From NCBI RefSeq assembly GCF_001194135.2, contig NC_068994.1, positions 52,435,093 to 52,498,749 of the forward strand: 63,657 bases of DNA. The letters run 5' to 3'. Below are positions 39,461-53,466 of this stretch, one piece after another. The stretch comes from Octopus bimaculoides. Its lineage: Eukaryota. The first letter of the stretch is position 1. Every line of letters begins with the position of its first letter. The position numbers and the translations under genes are program-made. Below the pieces are notes generated by a model. The model was not told where the DNA came from, did not search any database, and saw nothing but the letters and a program-made list of their open reading frames with translations.

Positions 39461-41900
39461 AGTGAATTGGAACCGGTGTTTATGTTTCTTGTTGGTACAT
39501 CGACGACCCTGCCCAAACTCGTGTATGTGTGTGTAGGTAAGAAACAAAATCAACTATGTATCAATGTCAATATCTCATACAAACTTAAATTATTTTTACC
39601 TCTTTAACTAGTTTCCACTCAAGAGCTGCCGCCATGCTGGAGCACGGATATTCTTTACAGATCGGCCAGAGTTGGCTGTGTGATCGGTGTTTGTATCTGG
39701 GAAGTTAATCCAGGGCTTTTGTTTGGTTAACATTTTCTTTTTCATTTAACGGAAAGCCAGCAATTGTCATTGCAAAAAGATTTCCCCTTTGTAACTTACC
39801 CGTGGTACCTAGAGGAAAGTCGTGGGCCGGTCCATTAATATAATTATCATAATCATCGTCATCCTCAGCAGCATCAGCATTCGGGCCATGCATGGACTGT
39901 CAGAATCGGTATTTGTTCCAGCTCTTTACGTTTTGGTTTCTAATCCCAGCGAGTCAGGCTGGTAGTTCATAGTTTCGGGATCGATAACAATGTAGTACCA
40001 CTCAAGTGCAGGGGTCGTTGTTAAACACTAAACCCTCCCGTCAAACATTTGTCTTGTGCCTAAATCATCACGATCACCATCATCATCATCGACTTCATCA
40101 TTGCCATGTTTGTTTTGTTTCCTTGAGAGTTTACTCTGTTTAACCGACATCTTTGTGTCTTTGTGTGTTGTGTTGTGATCTAGGAGTTTAAAATATTTGT
40201 TCTCCGGCTTATTTTCTTTTGTCTGCGCATTACTTGAGAGATTCATCAGATGTTTTATAGGAAAATATTCTGCGTAAGATGTTTTTATTTTTATTGATTC
40301 ATCATTTTGATTTGAATGCGTTGGATAAATTGGCTTCTGTCATTGATTGGCCATACGGAAAAATATTACTGAAATATTAGCATTAAGCAATAACTGTGTA
40401 AAATATGGACGGCTGGAGTTACATTAAATTACTTGATGGAGATCAATGTGCATTTTAACATTTTTGTTATCACTGCTATTCACGCCAAGATCTCTTTACA
40501 GACAGTGCGAATAGATTTACATATGTGAGATTCATTGCCAGGATTCACTGTTAAAATTTCATTTTACTTTTATTTATTTCCTTAGTGGCGGGTGAGGGGA
40601 GCGAATCAGAGTCGTTGTTTTTCTGATCAGAATATGGAGACAAGCATTTGCAACGTGAGAAATATTAAGCATCAGAGGCGATCATTTATGGCAATAAGCA
40701 ATAAGCTAGACATTAATCTTCTGACATGGAAGTAAAATGTCACATTAATAGAATAGGCACCGTTTCAAAAGAACGGGAATATCGAGGACAGCAGTTCTTA
40801 AGATATAATTAGCTTCAAACCAGTGATTTATGCGCGTTCATTTAGTAATTAACTTTCACAGAAATTGATTGTAAAGATGCGAACTGAAAAGATCAGTTTG
40901 TAATTACGTTATCTCAGCGCTTAAGACAAGTAAGAGCAAATGCTACACGCTAATAGCCACAGAATCGTCTTACTAACAATTATATTTCTAAAAGGCTACA
41001 CCTAGTAGGCAATTTCCATTTTCTTCGATTTGTGGTTCTAGGTGAAATATTATGTCAAGTCATAGTAATTAGAGACACATAAATCTTTTCCGCATTAGCT
41101 ATCATATGTGAAGACATTAAACAATTACAAGACGAGCATATATATNNNNNNNNNNNNNNNNNNNNNNNNNNNNNNNNNNNNNNNNNNNNNNNNNNNNNNN
41201 NNNNNNNNNNNNNNNNNNNNNNNNNNNNNNNNNNNNNNNNNNNNNNNNNNNNNNNNNNNNNNNNNNNNNNNNNNNNNNNNNNNNNNNNNNNNNNNNNNNN
41301 NNNNNNNNNNNNNNNNNNNNNNNNNNNNNNNNNNNNNNNNNNNNNNNNNNNNNNNNNNNNNNNNNNNNNNNNNNNNNNNNNNNNNNNNNNNNNNNNNNNN
41401 NNNNNNNNNNNNNNNNNNNNNNNNNNNNNNNNNNNNNNNNNNNNNNNNNNNNNNNNNNNNNNNNNNNNNNNNNNNNNNNNNNNNNNNNNNNNNNNNNNNN
41501 NNNNNNNNNNNNNNNNNNNNNNNNNNNNNNNNNNNNNNNNNNNNNNNNNNNNNNNNNNNNNNNNNNNNNNNNNNNNNNNNNNNNNNNNNNNNNNNNNNNN
41601 NNNNNNNNNNNNNNNNNNNNNNNNNNNNNNNNNNNNNNNNNNNNNNNNNNNNNNNNNNNNNNNNNNNNNNNNNNNNNNNNNNNNNNNNNNNNNNNNNNNN
41701 NNNNNNNNNNNNNNNNNNNNNNNNNNNNNNNNNNNNNNNNNNNNNNNNNNNNNNNNNNNNNNNNNNNNNNNNNNNNNNNNNNNNNNNNNNNNNNNNNNNN
41801 NNNNNNNNNNNNNNNNNNNNNNNNNNNNNNNNNNNNNNNNNNNNNNNNNNNNNNNNNNNNNNNNNNNNNNNNNNNNNNNNNNNNNNNNNNNNNTTTACAT

Positions 41901-41930
<30 letters not shown>

Positions 41931-41931
<1 letters not shown>

Positions 41932-42149
41932 AACATAATTAAGGGATCAGCAACAGTTGCTTCACCACATACCGAAGTTCAGAAATAGCAGCTAAAATGC
42001 TGAAACTCCAACAGATAGCAATACTTGTAACTCACAAAGGCAAAAGAAGAAGAAGAAATAACGAACCTAACCAGTCTTAGTTAATCATAGACGCGTTTCT
42101 GGCTTAGAAAGGTAAAAACTTTTCATTTCCTCATCAGTATGATATTCCA
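41931..42149 (-). mobile_element. Second copy of the hammerhead-bearing short element
   Basis: Collinear homology with 5851-6100 (agggat...gcttc.cca.catac.ga...ttcagaaatagcag...gatagc.ata...ttagttaat...atattcca), next to a (TACA)n/(TA)n tract. Confidence 0.75.
42084..42143 (-). ncRNA. Minimal type I hammerhead ribozyme motif
   Basis: Minus strand: AUCAUA-CUGAUGA-GG...CC-A-GAAA-CGC-GUC-UAUGAU. Perfect 6-bp stem I, intact core, palindromic stem III ACGCGU, GUC cleavage triplet. Confidence 0.78.
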
Positions 42150-43900
42150 GTTGCAAATTCGACGATGCTGGCAATTGTGCATGCACGACCGAGCGACATC
42201 GTGCATCAGCACAATATAAAACCATCTCCGAACTTACATAGGCCAGCCAGTTCACGGATGCGAAGGAAACTTTTTAACACTACAATAATATGTGTGCAGG
42301 TGTGTATTTGAAAGTTAGCGAAAGTTTTTGTAAGATAAAAGAAAAAAGAGAATTGTAAATTAAATTTAAGATAAAATTATATAAATCATTAACAGATGCA
42401 AGGCAACGCAGAAATTTATTAGTCAAACAATTCTTCGCTAAATGAAATGAAAATGTAATGAAAAATACAAGAACAAATAATACAGCGATGAAAATTGGTC
42501 TGACAATTCACGTAAACGTATTTGAAAATGCTAAGATAAATCTGGTTTTAAATCTTTGCTATAAGAACATAATGTTAAAAATGTAGAGAATTTAAGTATT
42601 AGATACTAAAATCTACATAATATATACTTCTTCCATGACCGAAGGAATTTTATAGAATTATGCCGGTTGAAACAAGTTGAAGCACAATTCTCTTAGAACG
42701 CAGTTTCGAACAAAAATTTCGTTCTTCTAATTGTTTGCACGATAAAGTAATTATTTCGGAAAGCAATTACCACCGAAGACTAGTATCAGTTTCTTTGAAA
42801 TCGCGTGTATATAGGGTCGCAATATAAATTGAATGGGGGATTTCTCTTAATAATAACCGAAATTCATACATTAACTAATCTTCGTAAAATTTGTTGATGA
42901 ATCGAGAGAAAGCGAAGACATGAACCTAAGACAATCCCTCATAACGTATTTTCTTGAGTTTATACTACACTTTACCTGATGGTTTTGCTGGTATACCATT
43001 TTGCAATAAATAAACCTGTCGTCTTATCCTTCTACAAATCATCCAGTTTCTCGATTTCAGATGTTATTAGGGAATAATATGTGTGTGTAGAAGACAAATA
43101 TGTGTAGCCGTTTCAATGTCTGAATGACTATAAAAGAACATCAGAAAAAACCGAATTAAAAACCGAATTAAAATAACTCTAAATTAGATATTTAAACAAA
43201 AATGTATCCTCTTTTGATTTGTACGTGCGCTGTATAAAGGAACTGAGCCTTATTATTTCTACAATCATGCATTTAAATATTTACTGACTATGCTTTTTGT
43301 TACCCTTTCGCGAAATTCATTGAGTTTTTCCTCAAATAATATGACGACCTTATTCTGTCATTTTCGACGATATTCTTGAATTTTGACAAAATCAGTCACA
43401 TTAAAAAACAAAATCGCGATTTCTAAATTCTTGTCGTTGTCCTTGTGATTAATCTGTCCTTCTCACATCTGCTTTTTCGATAATTATTTTTCTTTATTTC
43501 CGTTAGCAAATTTTCTGTTCAAATAACTTCTTTGTATTTCCTCTACACCTGCTAATCATATTTATAATTTTTAATCTAAATATTCATTCTAGTCATAACT
43601 TTAAACATATTTTAATATTATTCCTTGTCTTTCTCTTTTAATTGACTTTTTCTAGACTTCCACATATATTCATATTTTCATATACAATTTTGCCTTTCAC
43701 ACTTGCATATATTTTTTACTGATTAATTTCTTCTTCATATCCAACAACTTCTCTCATTCTCTCTTTATTTCTCTTTCTCTTTTTCACTGTCTTCATTTTC
43801 ATTTTAATTTCCCTATTTTATTCTCCTCTTTAAATATTTATTTTTTTTATATTTCAGTTTCTTCCAAATATCATTTTTCGTTTATATGCTTACTACTAAA

Positions 43901-43934
<34 letters not shown>

Positions 43935-44087
43935 AAATTATTTCTGCTGTTACTAGTACCACCACATTTTCTACTTCATCTTTATCGTCATCACAATCAG
44001 GTCGTCACCAACTTTCTCTTCCTTTTTCACCTCAACAACCCCGTCATCATCGCTTTCATCATTATCTGCATCGTTCTTATCATCAAT

Positions 44088-44198
44088 TCTTCTTCTTCTT
44101 CTTCTTCTTCTCCTTCTTCTTCTTCTTCTTCTTCTTCTTCTTCTTCTTCTTCTTCTTCTTCTTCTTCTTCTTCTTCTTCTTCTTCTTCTTCTTCTTCT
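44088..44198. repeat. (TTC)n microsatellite running into a gap
   Basis: Direct reading. Source of the poly-F/R ORFs. Confidence 0.97.
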
Positions 44199-45498
44199 NN
44201 NNNNNNNNNNNNNNNNNNNNNNNNNNNNNNNNNNNNNNNNNNNNNNNNNNNNNNNNNNNNNNNNNNNNNNNNNNNNNNNNNNNNNNNNNNNNNNNNNNNN
44301 NNNNNNNNNNNNNNNNNNNNNNNNNNNNNNNNNNNNNNNNNNNNNNNNNNNNNNNNNNNNNNNNNNNNNCATATATATATATATATATATGGATGTATGT
44401 GTGTATATATGTATAAATGTATCTACACGCATATATTTGTATCTTTGGAGTTGAAAACTTGACACGTTAAAGGGTACTATACATCACGATTTAAATATAC
44501 TTCCAGACTTAGGAACGGAGATTCATTGTTTATTCAGAGGTCTGTATATCTTATATTTTATAAATTTACTTTTCATTCATCCCCGACACTGCGTCTTCAG
44601 CCTCTGAGGAACAAAGTAAAACATATCAAGAATGCAATTGAAGTGACCACACTATGAACTGACGGCAACGTAATAGCATATAATTTTATTATTTCGCTGA
44701 CAGCATATATGTTCATGACTGTGGGCGATTATGTCAATATGTCTGATTATACTTCTATAAACTTCGTTATGGGAATCAGCTTTCATGAAACACTTTCAGT
44801 ATTTCTCGCACTCTTTGGAAAAGGTTAAAATACTTCGTTTCCCCAGAAAACAAATACCTCCCACGTTCTCAGTTAGAAGAACACCTACCAATATTCGTTA
44901 TTTGACACATCATGGCGACGTGGAGGAAATAGGTCTTTGTTTCAGAACTCAATAAAACCACTCGGAGAAGAGGTAAAACTATGCAGAATTACACAATTAC
45001 TTGTAGGATACTTATTACTAAATTATTTGTACGTATCCTATTTTGAGACATAGCTTATGAAGGTCACTTGGCAAAAACAATGAATTTGAAAGTTTTACGT
45101 TCATCTTGAACATGGTTATTATTAAATATACAACCATTGTTATTCAGAAAGCGATTTAAGTTTGATACAACTGAATGTAACTATAATCCAATGACGTAGA
45201 CGTATCTCAATCGGAGAGATATCGATAGGCATGATGAAGCATTTGTCCTTTCATATGTGTATATCTCTCTTTATGCATGTGTTTTGACGTGCGTATCTAT
45301 GTATGGATGCATAAATATCTATAGATGCTTCGTTCCTTGCGCAAAAATGTTACAAAATGAGACTGTGTATGTGTGCTTGTGTGTGAGCACCTATTATATA
45401 CATACATATGTATGTATGCATGCATGTATGTATCTATGTATGTATGTACGTATGCATGTATTTACGTATGTATGTATGTATGTATGTATGTATGCATG

Positions 45499-45547
<49 letters not shown>

Positions 45548-45609
45548 NNNNNNNNNNTGTGTGTGGAAGTGCAAGCAACAAATAGTATTTCTGAGTGTTT
45601 TGGTGTTCC

Positions 45610-45641
<32 letters not shown>

Positions 45642-47449
45642 TGTGCGTGTGCGTGTATGCGTGTGCACTTATATAGTCCATGATAAAGGAATCAAACCAA
45701 ATTGTGATATTTTGAAAGCATTAATACTTACGTTTCCGACCATTGCGTAATACAGGATAGTAAATGCATTCTTTGCGCAAGACCTTCCCCAGTTAATACA
45801 TTTCAGCACACCGAAGTGTAGAGCAGATACTTAGAAGTATGAACGTACTAATTATTAAAAAAAAAATAATAAAATATAAAGATATACAACCACACCCATA
45901 TAGCTGTATATTCAATCTTCTATTAATATACATACAATACATACCATACAGCGATAAACATATATATAGCTAATTATGTATATATGTATATTTATAGATA
46001 TACGCAATAAAAAGTTATGAACATACAAATGAATGTACGAACAGGAATAGATAAACGTATGTATTCATAGAGATATACGCATACACACGGGTATATATAT
46101 ATACTCACACGTACATAAATTACTGCATAGATACACTTCCATAATAATATCAGAATGCACAATTGAATAAAGTCGGCGATGACTGGTGTGAGCCATGTGT
46201 ATCTGAGGCTTCCATATTAAGAAAATTAATAAACTTTTATAACGAGTATTATTATAAATATAAATCTTTCCAACATTCTACATGACACTTAATCATTATC
46301 TCTGTAATAATTGACTTTATAACCCTGATCAATGCTTTGAATAAACTCCACAGCTTAATAACCATAATTCTATACCACTTTAGTAGCAGATGATCTATTA
46401 CAATATATTCGTACATTATGTTACCTGTAGGAATAATTCTGACCCATGAATGCCAGTACCTATATTTAAATCGTTCAGGTGTGTTAGCTAATGCCCTATA
46501 TTGGTTAACCGTAATTTAGTTTTACCTCAATTCATAATGTATTAAACCGTATCCTGATAGTCTACAACATAGATCAATACGATAGAATAATTTCCTACCA
46601 AGTTAATCATAGCTTATTTCTCCATCAGTGATAAATAATGTATCGGACCATATTCAGACATTCTGCTATCAGGAAAATTCTTATTTTTCCACTGGTGCAA
46701 CCACCTATATTTAAATAGTTCCTATTTGTCAATCAAATCTAACTTACACGTGAATATTGAGTATAAGTTTATAAAGTTTGAACTTTATCAATACAAATGT
46801 ATAATTCTTTGCTTCCTTTATAAATAATTTGACTTCACTGCAAAAGCTGATAATATATTACATCTCTTAGACATTTTGCAATTTTTGAAATACTTCTCAC
46901 ATGTTAAGGTTTATCACCCCAGTTTACCATAACTGGGATGATATCATTTTCCTATTATTCAAGATGCTACCTTATACTGACAGCATAGCTCTGTCATTCT
47001 GCACATTCAAAATTCATCGTACACCTGTTTTCATCTACCTGAGACGTTATTTACTCCTTAATACATATGAATCATTAATTCTGCTCCTACAGTCATGTTT
47101 GGCGATTTCAATTTAACTGAAATGTTTACAGCATAGTATTATTATACATACGACTGTGAGCATACAAATATATGTATGTGTCTGTCTCTGTTGGGTGTTT
47201 AAGTATGTATATGCATAGAAACGCAGACAAAAATAAAGAAGACAGATATCTTCAAGAGCGTATGTATCGAAGTTGGGAATCAATATTACAATTAGTATCG
47301 AATTTATTATAAAATGTATTTTGAATTTGATTTTATGTTTTGTCTGACTGCGTTTTCGAATAGTGATTTTAACTGTTCCAGTGAAAACCAGGTTCACAAA
47401 ATGTCTATGTATGAATATGCATGTAAGTACACACACACACACACACACA

Positions 47450-47532
<83 letters not shown>

Positions 47533-47803
47533 AATATGTACATACATACATGCATATATACGTGCATACATACATACACACGCACACACGCACACGTACA
47601 TACATACATACATACATATATAGGTGTGTGTGTATGTGTGTGGTAAAGTGAGAGTCCTTAACTGTGTATGAGACGAGATGAGCGTATTTGTGTATGTGGG
47701 AGTGTATATGTCCAAATACATTTAACTGAAAATTAGATGTTGCTCTCAGAAATGTCACAGTAACCGATGTGTCAATAAAAGATTTAGTAACGTGTGCACA
47801 CAT

Positions 47804-47848
<45 letters not shown>

Positions 47849-50455
47849 ATATATATATAAAATAAATTTATATATATATATATATATCAATTTATTTTAT
47901 ATATATATCAATTTATTTATATATGTATACAGCAGTAATTGCATGCCTTCAATCCCCGGACGAAGAAATGTATTCTACAATTGATACATTAATTACCTTA
48001 TAATTAAATAGAGTTTGAAGAGGTCTTCCACTCTGAACTTGTCAGAAACACGCCAGTTGAATAGTAATTTACGAGCATTGTCTGGCGCCTTACTGATTTA
48101 AGCGATACATACGTTAGTAAGACGCCAGGAAGTGTTTGAAAATTAAATGCTATATATACGAGTCAACGAAAAAGCCTCTACTTGCTGTCTCATTCTGATA
48201 GAAAATACAGGCAAATCTTTCTCAAATCACACCCGTTTTGTCACCAAATGAAGAATAGTTTGTATAAATGTATCAGACACATTATGTCAATAAGAAAGGT
48301 AGATTCATTGTTGGAATGCACGCCAAGACTGTTCTGCCTGATAGATGTTCGACCTTGCGCTGTAACAGAACAACAGCATTAACCATATATTATTATATAA
48401 AATTCTTATAGCGGATTATAATGTTATACGTGTTATGATATTTAGCAATTTCCTAAGTTATATTAAAGACTCTGAGAAAAACAAAACAATTATGACAAAT
48501 TATGAACCTGAAAAATGACTGAAACCAACTTGTGTAACCTCGTAATTCATGTCGTATTGGCCACTCATACTCTAAGTAATAGCAATTGAAAAAATGAAAT
48601 AATATGAAGCCAACTGATCGGAGTAAGTCCCAGAAACAATGTCGTTAGGGGCCTAGTTCCTAAGTAGCATATTTCTGCAATGTATCTAGCTCACATTTGC
48701 ACCTGGCAGGTACGATTCTTCCTTGTTTTTACGCAACCTCAGTCTTTACAGTTTTTGGATATTGCCTTCTAAAGAAATTATAAGTTTAGGATAAAATCTC
48801 ATCCATAATGATGAATTATACAAAAAAAGACATTTATCTGTTTGCTGCCTTTTGATTTCCACTTATTTTGGATTGTCTTATTTTGGGGTTTTTACATTGG
48901 GTCAGAATTTGAATTCAGAACATGTATCAGAGATGTAGTTGACAAGACTGTTATTTTCCTTAGTTTAGAAATATAGAAATAAAGTTTCCTAATACAAATG
49001 TGTCTGGTTTAATGTAAAACACCAAAAATAAGATATAATGGTGATTGAAAGTCAGACTTATTATAATGTTAAGCACTGAATATATAAATATTTATAAAAA
49101 GTTATTCTATCAATAAAGTTGAGTGAATTATTTCAAAAACTATATTATTATTAATCACAACTTATCGCAGACGTTTAATCATATAATCAGATTTGCAAGC
49201 TAAGAAAATGATTGTCAGCTCTGCACAATTCACTCTACCTGTAAATTTGAGCTACTTTACTTAATATCTCTAATATCTATCAATGACTAATGCCAATCGA
49301 TGTCTAGGTATACTTTTTGATTTAGTGAGAGTGCAATATTTGCAACAGACAGTAAATATAATGTTGGAGATATCAAACCTCTGATATTCCATTCAATAAT
49401 CATTGTAACAAAATCATTTTACCTGTTCTATCTTGCGTATCGTGTTCTCTTCTCCGAGAAACCGGATGGAGTGATGGCTCGTGTTAGTTGTCAACATACT
49501 CCATGGTCACTGCGGTTGAAGATATATCTTCCAGAGATCGGCACTGACTGTGACACTGCTCGGATGACTGCACAGGATTGCCCAAACGAACACCTTCCAA
49601 TGCTGGATCCTGCGATGCGTCGCAACGGTGCATACCCACTTATCTGAGCTGACCCGATCATCAAACCGCTTTGATATTTTGATTCACTGAGCTGATGACA
49701 TATACGACTCTAATGTTTCTATAAGTGGATCGATATGAAATGATGTATTCGTAGTTCAGTCCGTTTTCGGAGTTGATACGCCCCGGTGGAATTTCAAGAG
49801 GTCGAAACAAATATCTTTTGTTGATATTATGCCCCATCCAGAAAATTGATATTGTCCGTTGCTACGTAATTCATATTTTTCATTTGAGATTCTGCCATAA
49901 AAATATCTTCGGAAAAGTTATATATGTCCCTTGGATATTTCGTTGAGCAATCGAATAAAATATGTCCTGGTCCTGATTATAATTCATCTGCTGCTCTGAC
50001 AACGCTACAACTGGGCAAACTGAGTATCTGCATATTAAATACTTCACTACTAATATATACAAACATAACGCTACGATTACATTTAAACTAAAACATTGCT
50101 AACTTAACTGATTCATCGATCGATTGCTGATCGATTCCTTAACCTCTGTCTGTGCATGAATATTTAAGAAGTGATACAATTTTGTTTTTTAATAAATACC
50201 TGAACTGTAAATACCTGAACCTTTAATAAATACCTCAACTGCAAAGAGCGTACAATCTTGCCAACGTGTCAATTATCATTTCTGCTGACGGAGGCGGGAG
50301 CATCCACGTAGTTATTATAGCTATCTCTAGTAATTATTCACAGTATCTAACCATAACAGCAACCTACCTACTAATATATATATATATATATAGTTTTATA
50401 TATATGTGTGTGTGTATGTGTGTGTGTACATATATGCAGAAACATGTGCATGTAC

Positions 50456-50499
<44 letters not shown>

Positions 50500-50509
50500 N
50501 NNNNNNNNN

Positions 50510-50559
<50 letters not shown>

Positions 50560-50635
50560 TATATATTCACATATATGTATGTATATATATTTATATCTAT
50601 ATATACATATATATGTATACACACACATATATATA

Positions 50636-50674
<39 letters not shown>

Positions 50675-50949
50675 ACACGCATATATGTGAGTATAAGTAC
50701 GTGTGAATGCAAATATATCCTATTATATGCAACTTCGCATTGGTAATTATTGCAGCTGAGACACGCCAATGTCTGCAACATAAACCTGCATTTATCAGTG
50801 TGTTCAAATGTTTTATTCATAGATAAAACCATTTAAAAATATTAAGCTGAGCTTATCGCACGTCAGTATACATGGTACGCATATATACATTTAAGCATGC
50901 ACATAGCCATATTCATGGACACACACACACACACACAAACACGTCTAAA

Positions 50950-51240
50950 TTACACCCAAAGGAAAATAACACTGACATCTCATTTTAACAGATACATTTA
51001 CCAAAATTACATAAAAATATCTTGAAATACTATGAGTAAATTGATTCAATAAAATCATCGCCATTGGCTTCAACCAAGGCCTCCAGACTACTTTGGAATC
51101 TCCTGCAACTCTTCTGGATGGTTTCCTTCTTTAGGTTGGTGAATGTTGCTTTAACCCTTGCCTTCATCTCATCTTTGTTGTTACAAGGAGTTTTGTTGGT
51201 CTCTTGCTCAACTGCACCCCACACATAATAATCAAAGTCA
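50950..51240 (-). mobile_element. Tc1/mariner-superfamily transposase C-terminal fragment
   Basis: DYYVWGAVEQETNKTPCNNKDEMKARVKATFTNLKKETIQKSCRRFQSSLEALVEANGD. Confidence 0.8.
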
Positions 51241-51477
51241 AATATCTCTTTGTATTATATGAACGAGCACTTTTGGATTATCCTCAGACCATTCACTAGA
51301 GTATTTTACGTTTATATTTCCCCAGTGATACTAATTGTATTTTATTAAACATATTGATACGTTTGTTTTACGAACTTCCCTTGTCGGGACACAGCCATGC
51401 TGTTGCTGCGTCCTCATTCTTGTCTTCTTTCGCATTTACAGTAGGTTTCTGGTTGGCGACACGTTTCAGAAACTAAT

Positions 51478-51712
51478 CTAAGCTGCGAGCTGGCAGAATC
51501 ATTAGAGCGCCGGGCGAAATGCTTAGCAGTATTTCGTCTGCCGTTACGTTCTGAGTTCAAATTCCGCCGAGGTCAACTTAGCCTTTCATCCTTTCGGGGT
51601 CGATAAATTAAGTACCAGTTACGCACTGGGGGCGATGTAATCGACTTAATCCCTTTGTCTGTCCTTGTTTGTCCCCTCTATGTTTAACCTCTTGTGGGCA
51701 ATAAAGAAATAG
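51478..51712 (+). mobile_element. SINE family S1, full length with TSD
   Basis: Complete head to tail. TSD GAAACTAAT at 51469-51477 and 51713-51721. Confidence 0.92.
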
Positions 51713-52438
51713 GAAACTAATGAAAGCTGCACTCTTTGGAATAACACTATTGTTTAGATAAACATATTAAGCAAGGCACATTGTCTGTAAACGATATAAG
51801 ATTCTCTTTTCCCGGAAGGAACGCCTTTGCCTTCAGTTTTTATCAACTCTTCAATGCTAATTTGGAGCTAGATATCCCCTAGAAATCAACCTATTGCAAA
51901 CCCTTCCTCGATGTCGCTCACCCGAATGGTGGGAAAGCTTTCACCATATTTGTATTTGATCAGGGCATATCGCGATAGCTCTTATAGATATGTTTTCACG
52001 AACCTGATCTGGGGTTATACATCAACAATCAGCAACACTCAAAAGAAACTCGGTCAGTGAGAGCTTACCAAACATGACGTCATCGTGAGTCGGATCAAAG
52101 TATTTCTATCTAAACATTCTTTCGTGACTAAAAGCGCTTAGAATAACTAGCCTTATGGATTATCATTGATCAGGCATCTTCACATTTCCACGAGAAATTG
52201 ATACTGATCTGGTGTTTAACAACAATCCGAGAGACGGAGAATATACATTTTCAGCTATGTTTCCAAGAAGTACTAACCCAAAATAAGCTCATAACAAGGG
52301 CGAATGTTTTAAATTCATTATACCATGCAACTTCTAATTCTAAGGTCACTTTCATTTGTACTTTTGCTGGAAATGCAATAATGTTACGATGGAAGGATTT
52401 CGTTATATACACTTACACAAATGATCATCTAATGTGTA

Positions 52439-53194
52439 CAGGGGTTGGACAACATAATGGAAACACCAAGCATCATAGCATCCTAATTTTGAATTATCTA
52501 TAAAACCGTCAAGAGCTTGTTTATTTTAATGTTTTTTTTTTATTATTAGTGTTGCTTAATATGTTTTGCTAAAATTGCTGTTTCGTTTGAGATATCATCA
52601 GAAAAAGGTAATTAAAATTCATTAAAATGGCAAATCTATCGGATTTTCAAAGAGGTCAAATTGTTGGTGCTCGTATGGCACAAGCTAGCGTAACGAAAAC
52701 AGCCGATATTGTTTGCCGTATGAAGAAGTACTGTCTCAAAAGTAATGACAGCCTTTGAGAAAGAGAGAAAAACCTCTTCGTCGAAACATAACTCCAGAAG
52801 AAAACCCAAACTTTCAGGTAGGGACCATTGGACTTTTACGCGAATTGTTAAAATGAATCACAAAATTACAGCTCTCAAAAGTTCTGCAGAGCTTCGTGAC
52901 CGCCTTGAGAACCCAGTTTCCAAAAACACTGTTCGCTAGGTGCTGCACAAAGCTGGATACCACGGGAGGGCTGTATTTAAAAAAAAACAAGTAAAGAGTC
53001 GATGTTCTCCACCATCTTCACTACAAGAACTGGAGACTGTGGACAAAAAATTAATTTGGAAACAATTCAAACTTTGTACAAGTCCATACCTCGTAGAATT
53101 CAAACTGTAATTACTGCTAAAGGCAATCCTACCCCATATCAAAATAAATTACTTTGAAATTTTAAGATGTTTCCATTAATTTGTCCAACCCCTG
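52439..53194 (+). mobile_element. Internally deleted Tc1-like element, 756 bp
   Basis: 27-bp TIRs CAGGGGTTGGACAA..TAATGGAAACA (25/27) with TA on both sides. N-terminus MANLSDFQRGQIVGARMA...HKAGYHGR joined to the C-terminus LYKSIPRRIQTVITAKG; DDE core missing. Confidence 0.93.
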
Positions 53195-53284
53195 TATATA
53201 TGTATATGTGTGTGTGTGCATATGTATATGTATGAAATCATACGTTCTCATATATATATATATGTGTGTATATATATATGTGTG

Positions 53285-53332
<48 letters not shown>

Positions 53333-53466
53333 AAGTATGGGGGTTTAGTTTACAGGTGATCTAAACCATTAGGTACGGTAGGTAATTGCTGTAACGGATT
53401 ATTAGGGTTCCAGGGTTATAGCCGAGACGGTAGATATCTAGCCATTGCGGCTTTCTGATACAGCGG

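Noticed and set aside
39705-39893. ORF with a GTAAGT donor on the minus strand
   Set aside because: It starts in SINE remnant and GAT-repeat sequence, with no acceptor.
42174-42215. Hairpin ATTGTGC-ATGCACGA / TCGTGCAT-CA-GCACAAT beside ribozyme copy 2; also small hairpins at 28509-28541 and 48082-48128
   Set aside because: Isolated short stems with no counterpart in copy 1 and no Helitron CTRR end.
49692-49752. CTGATGA...GAAA hammerhead-like spacing on the plus strand
   Set aside because: Stem I relies on G-U pairs and is very short, and stem III is not palindromic; likely chance.
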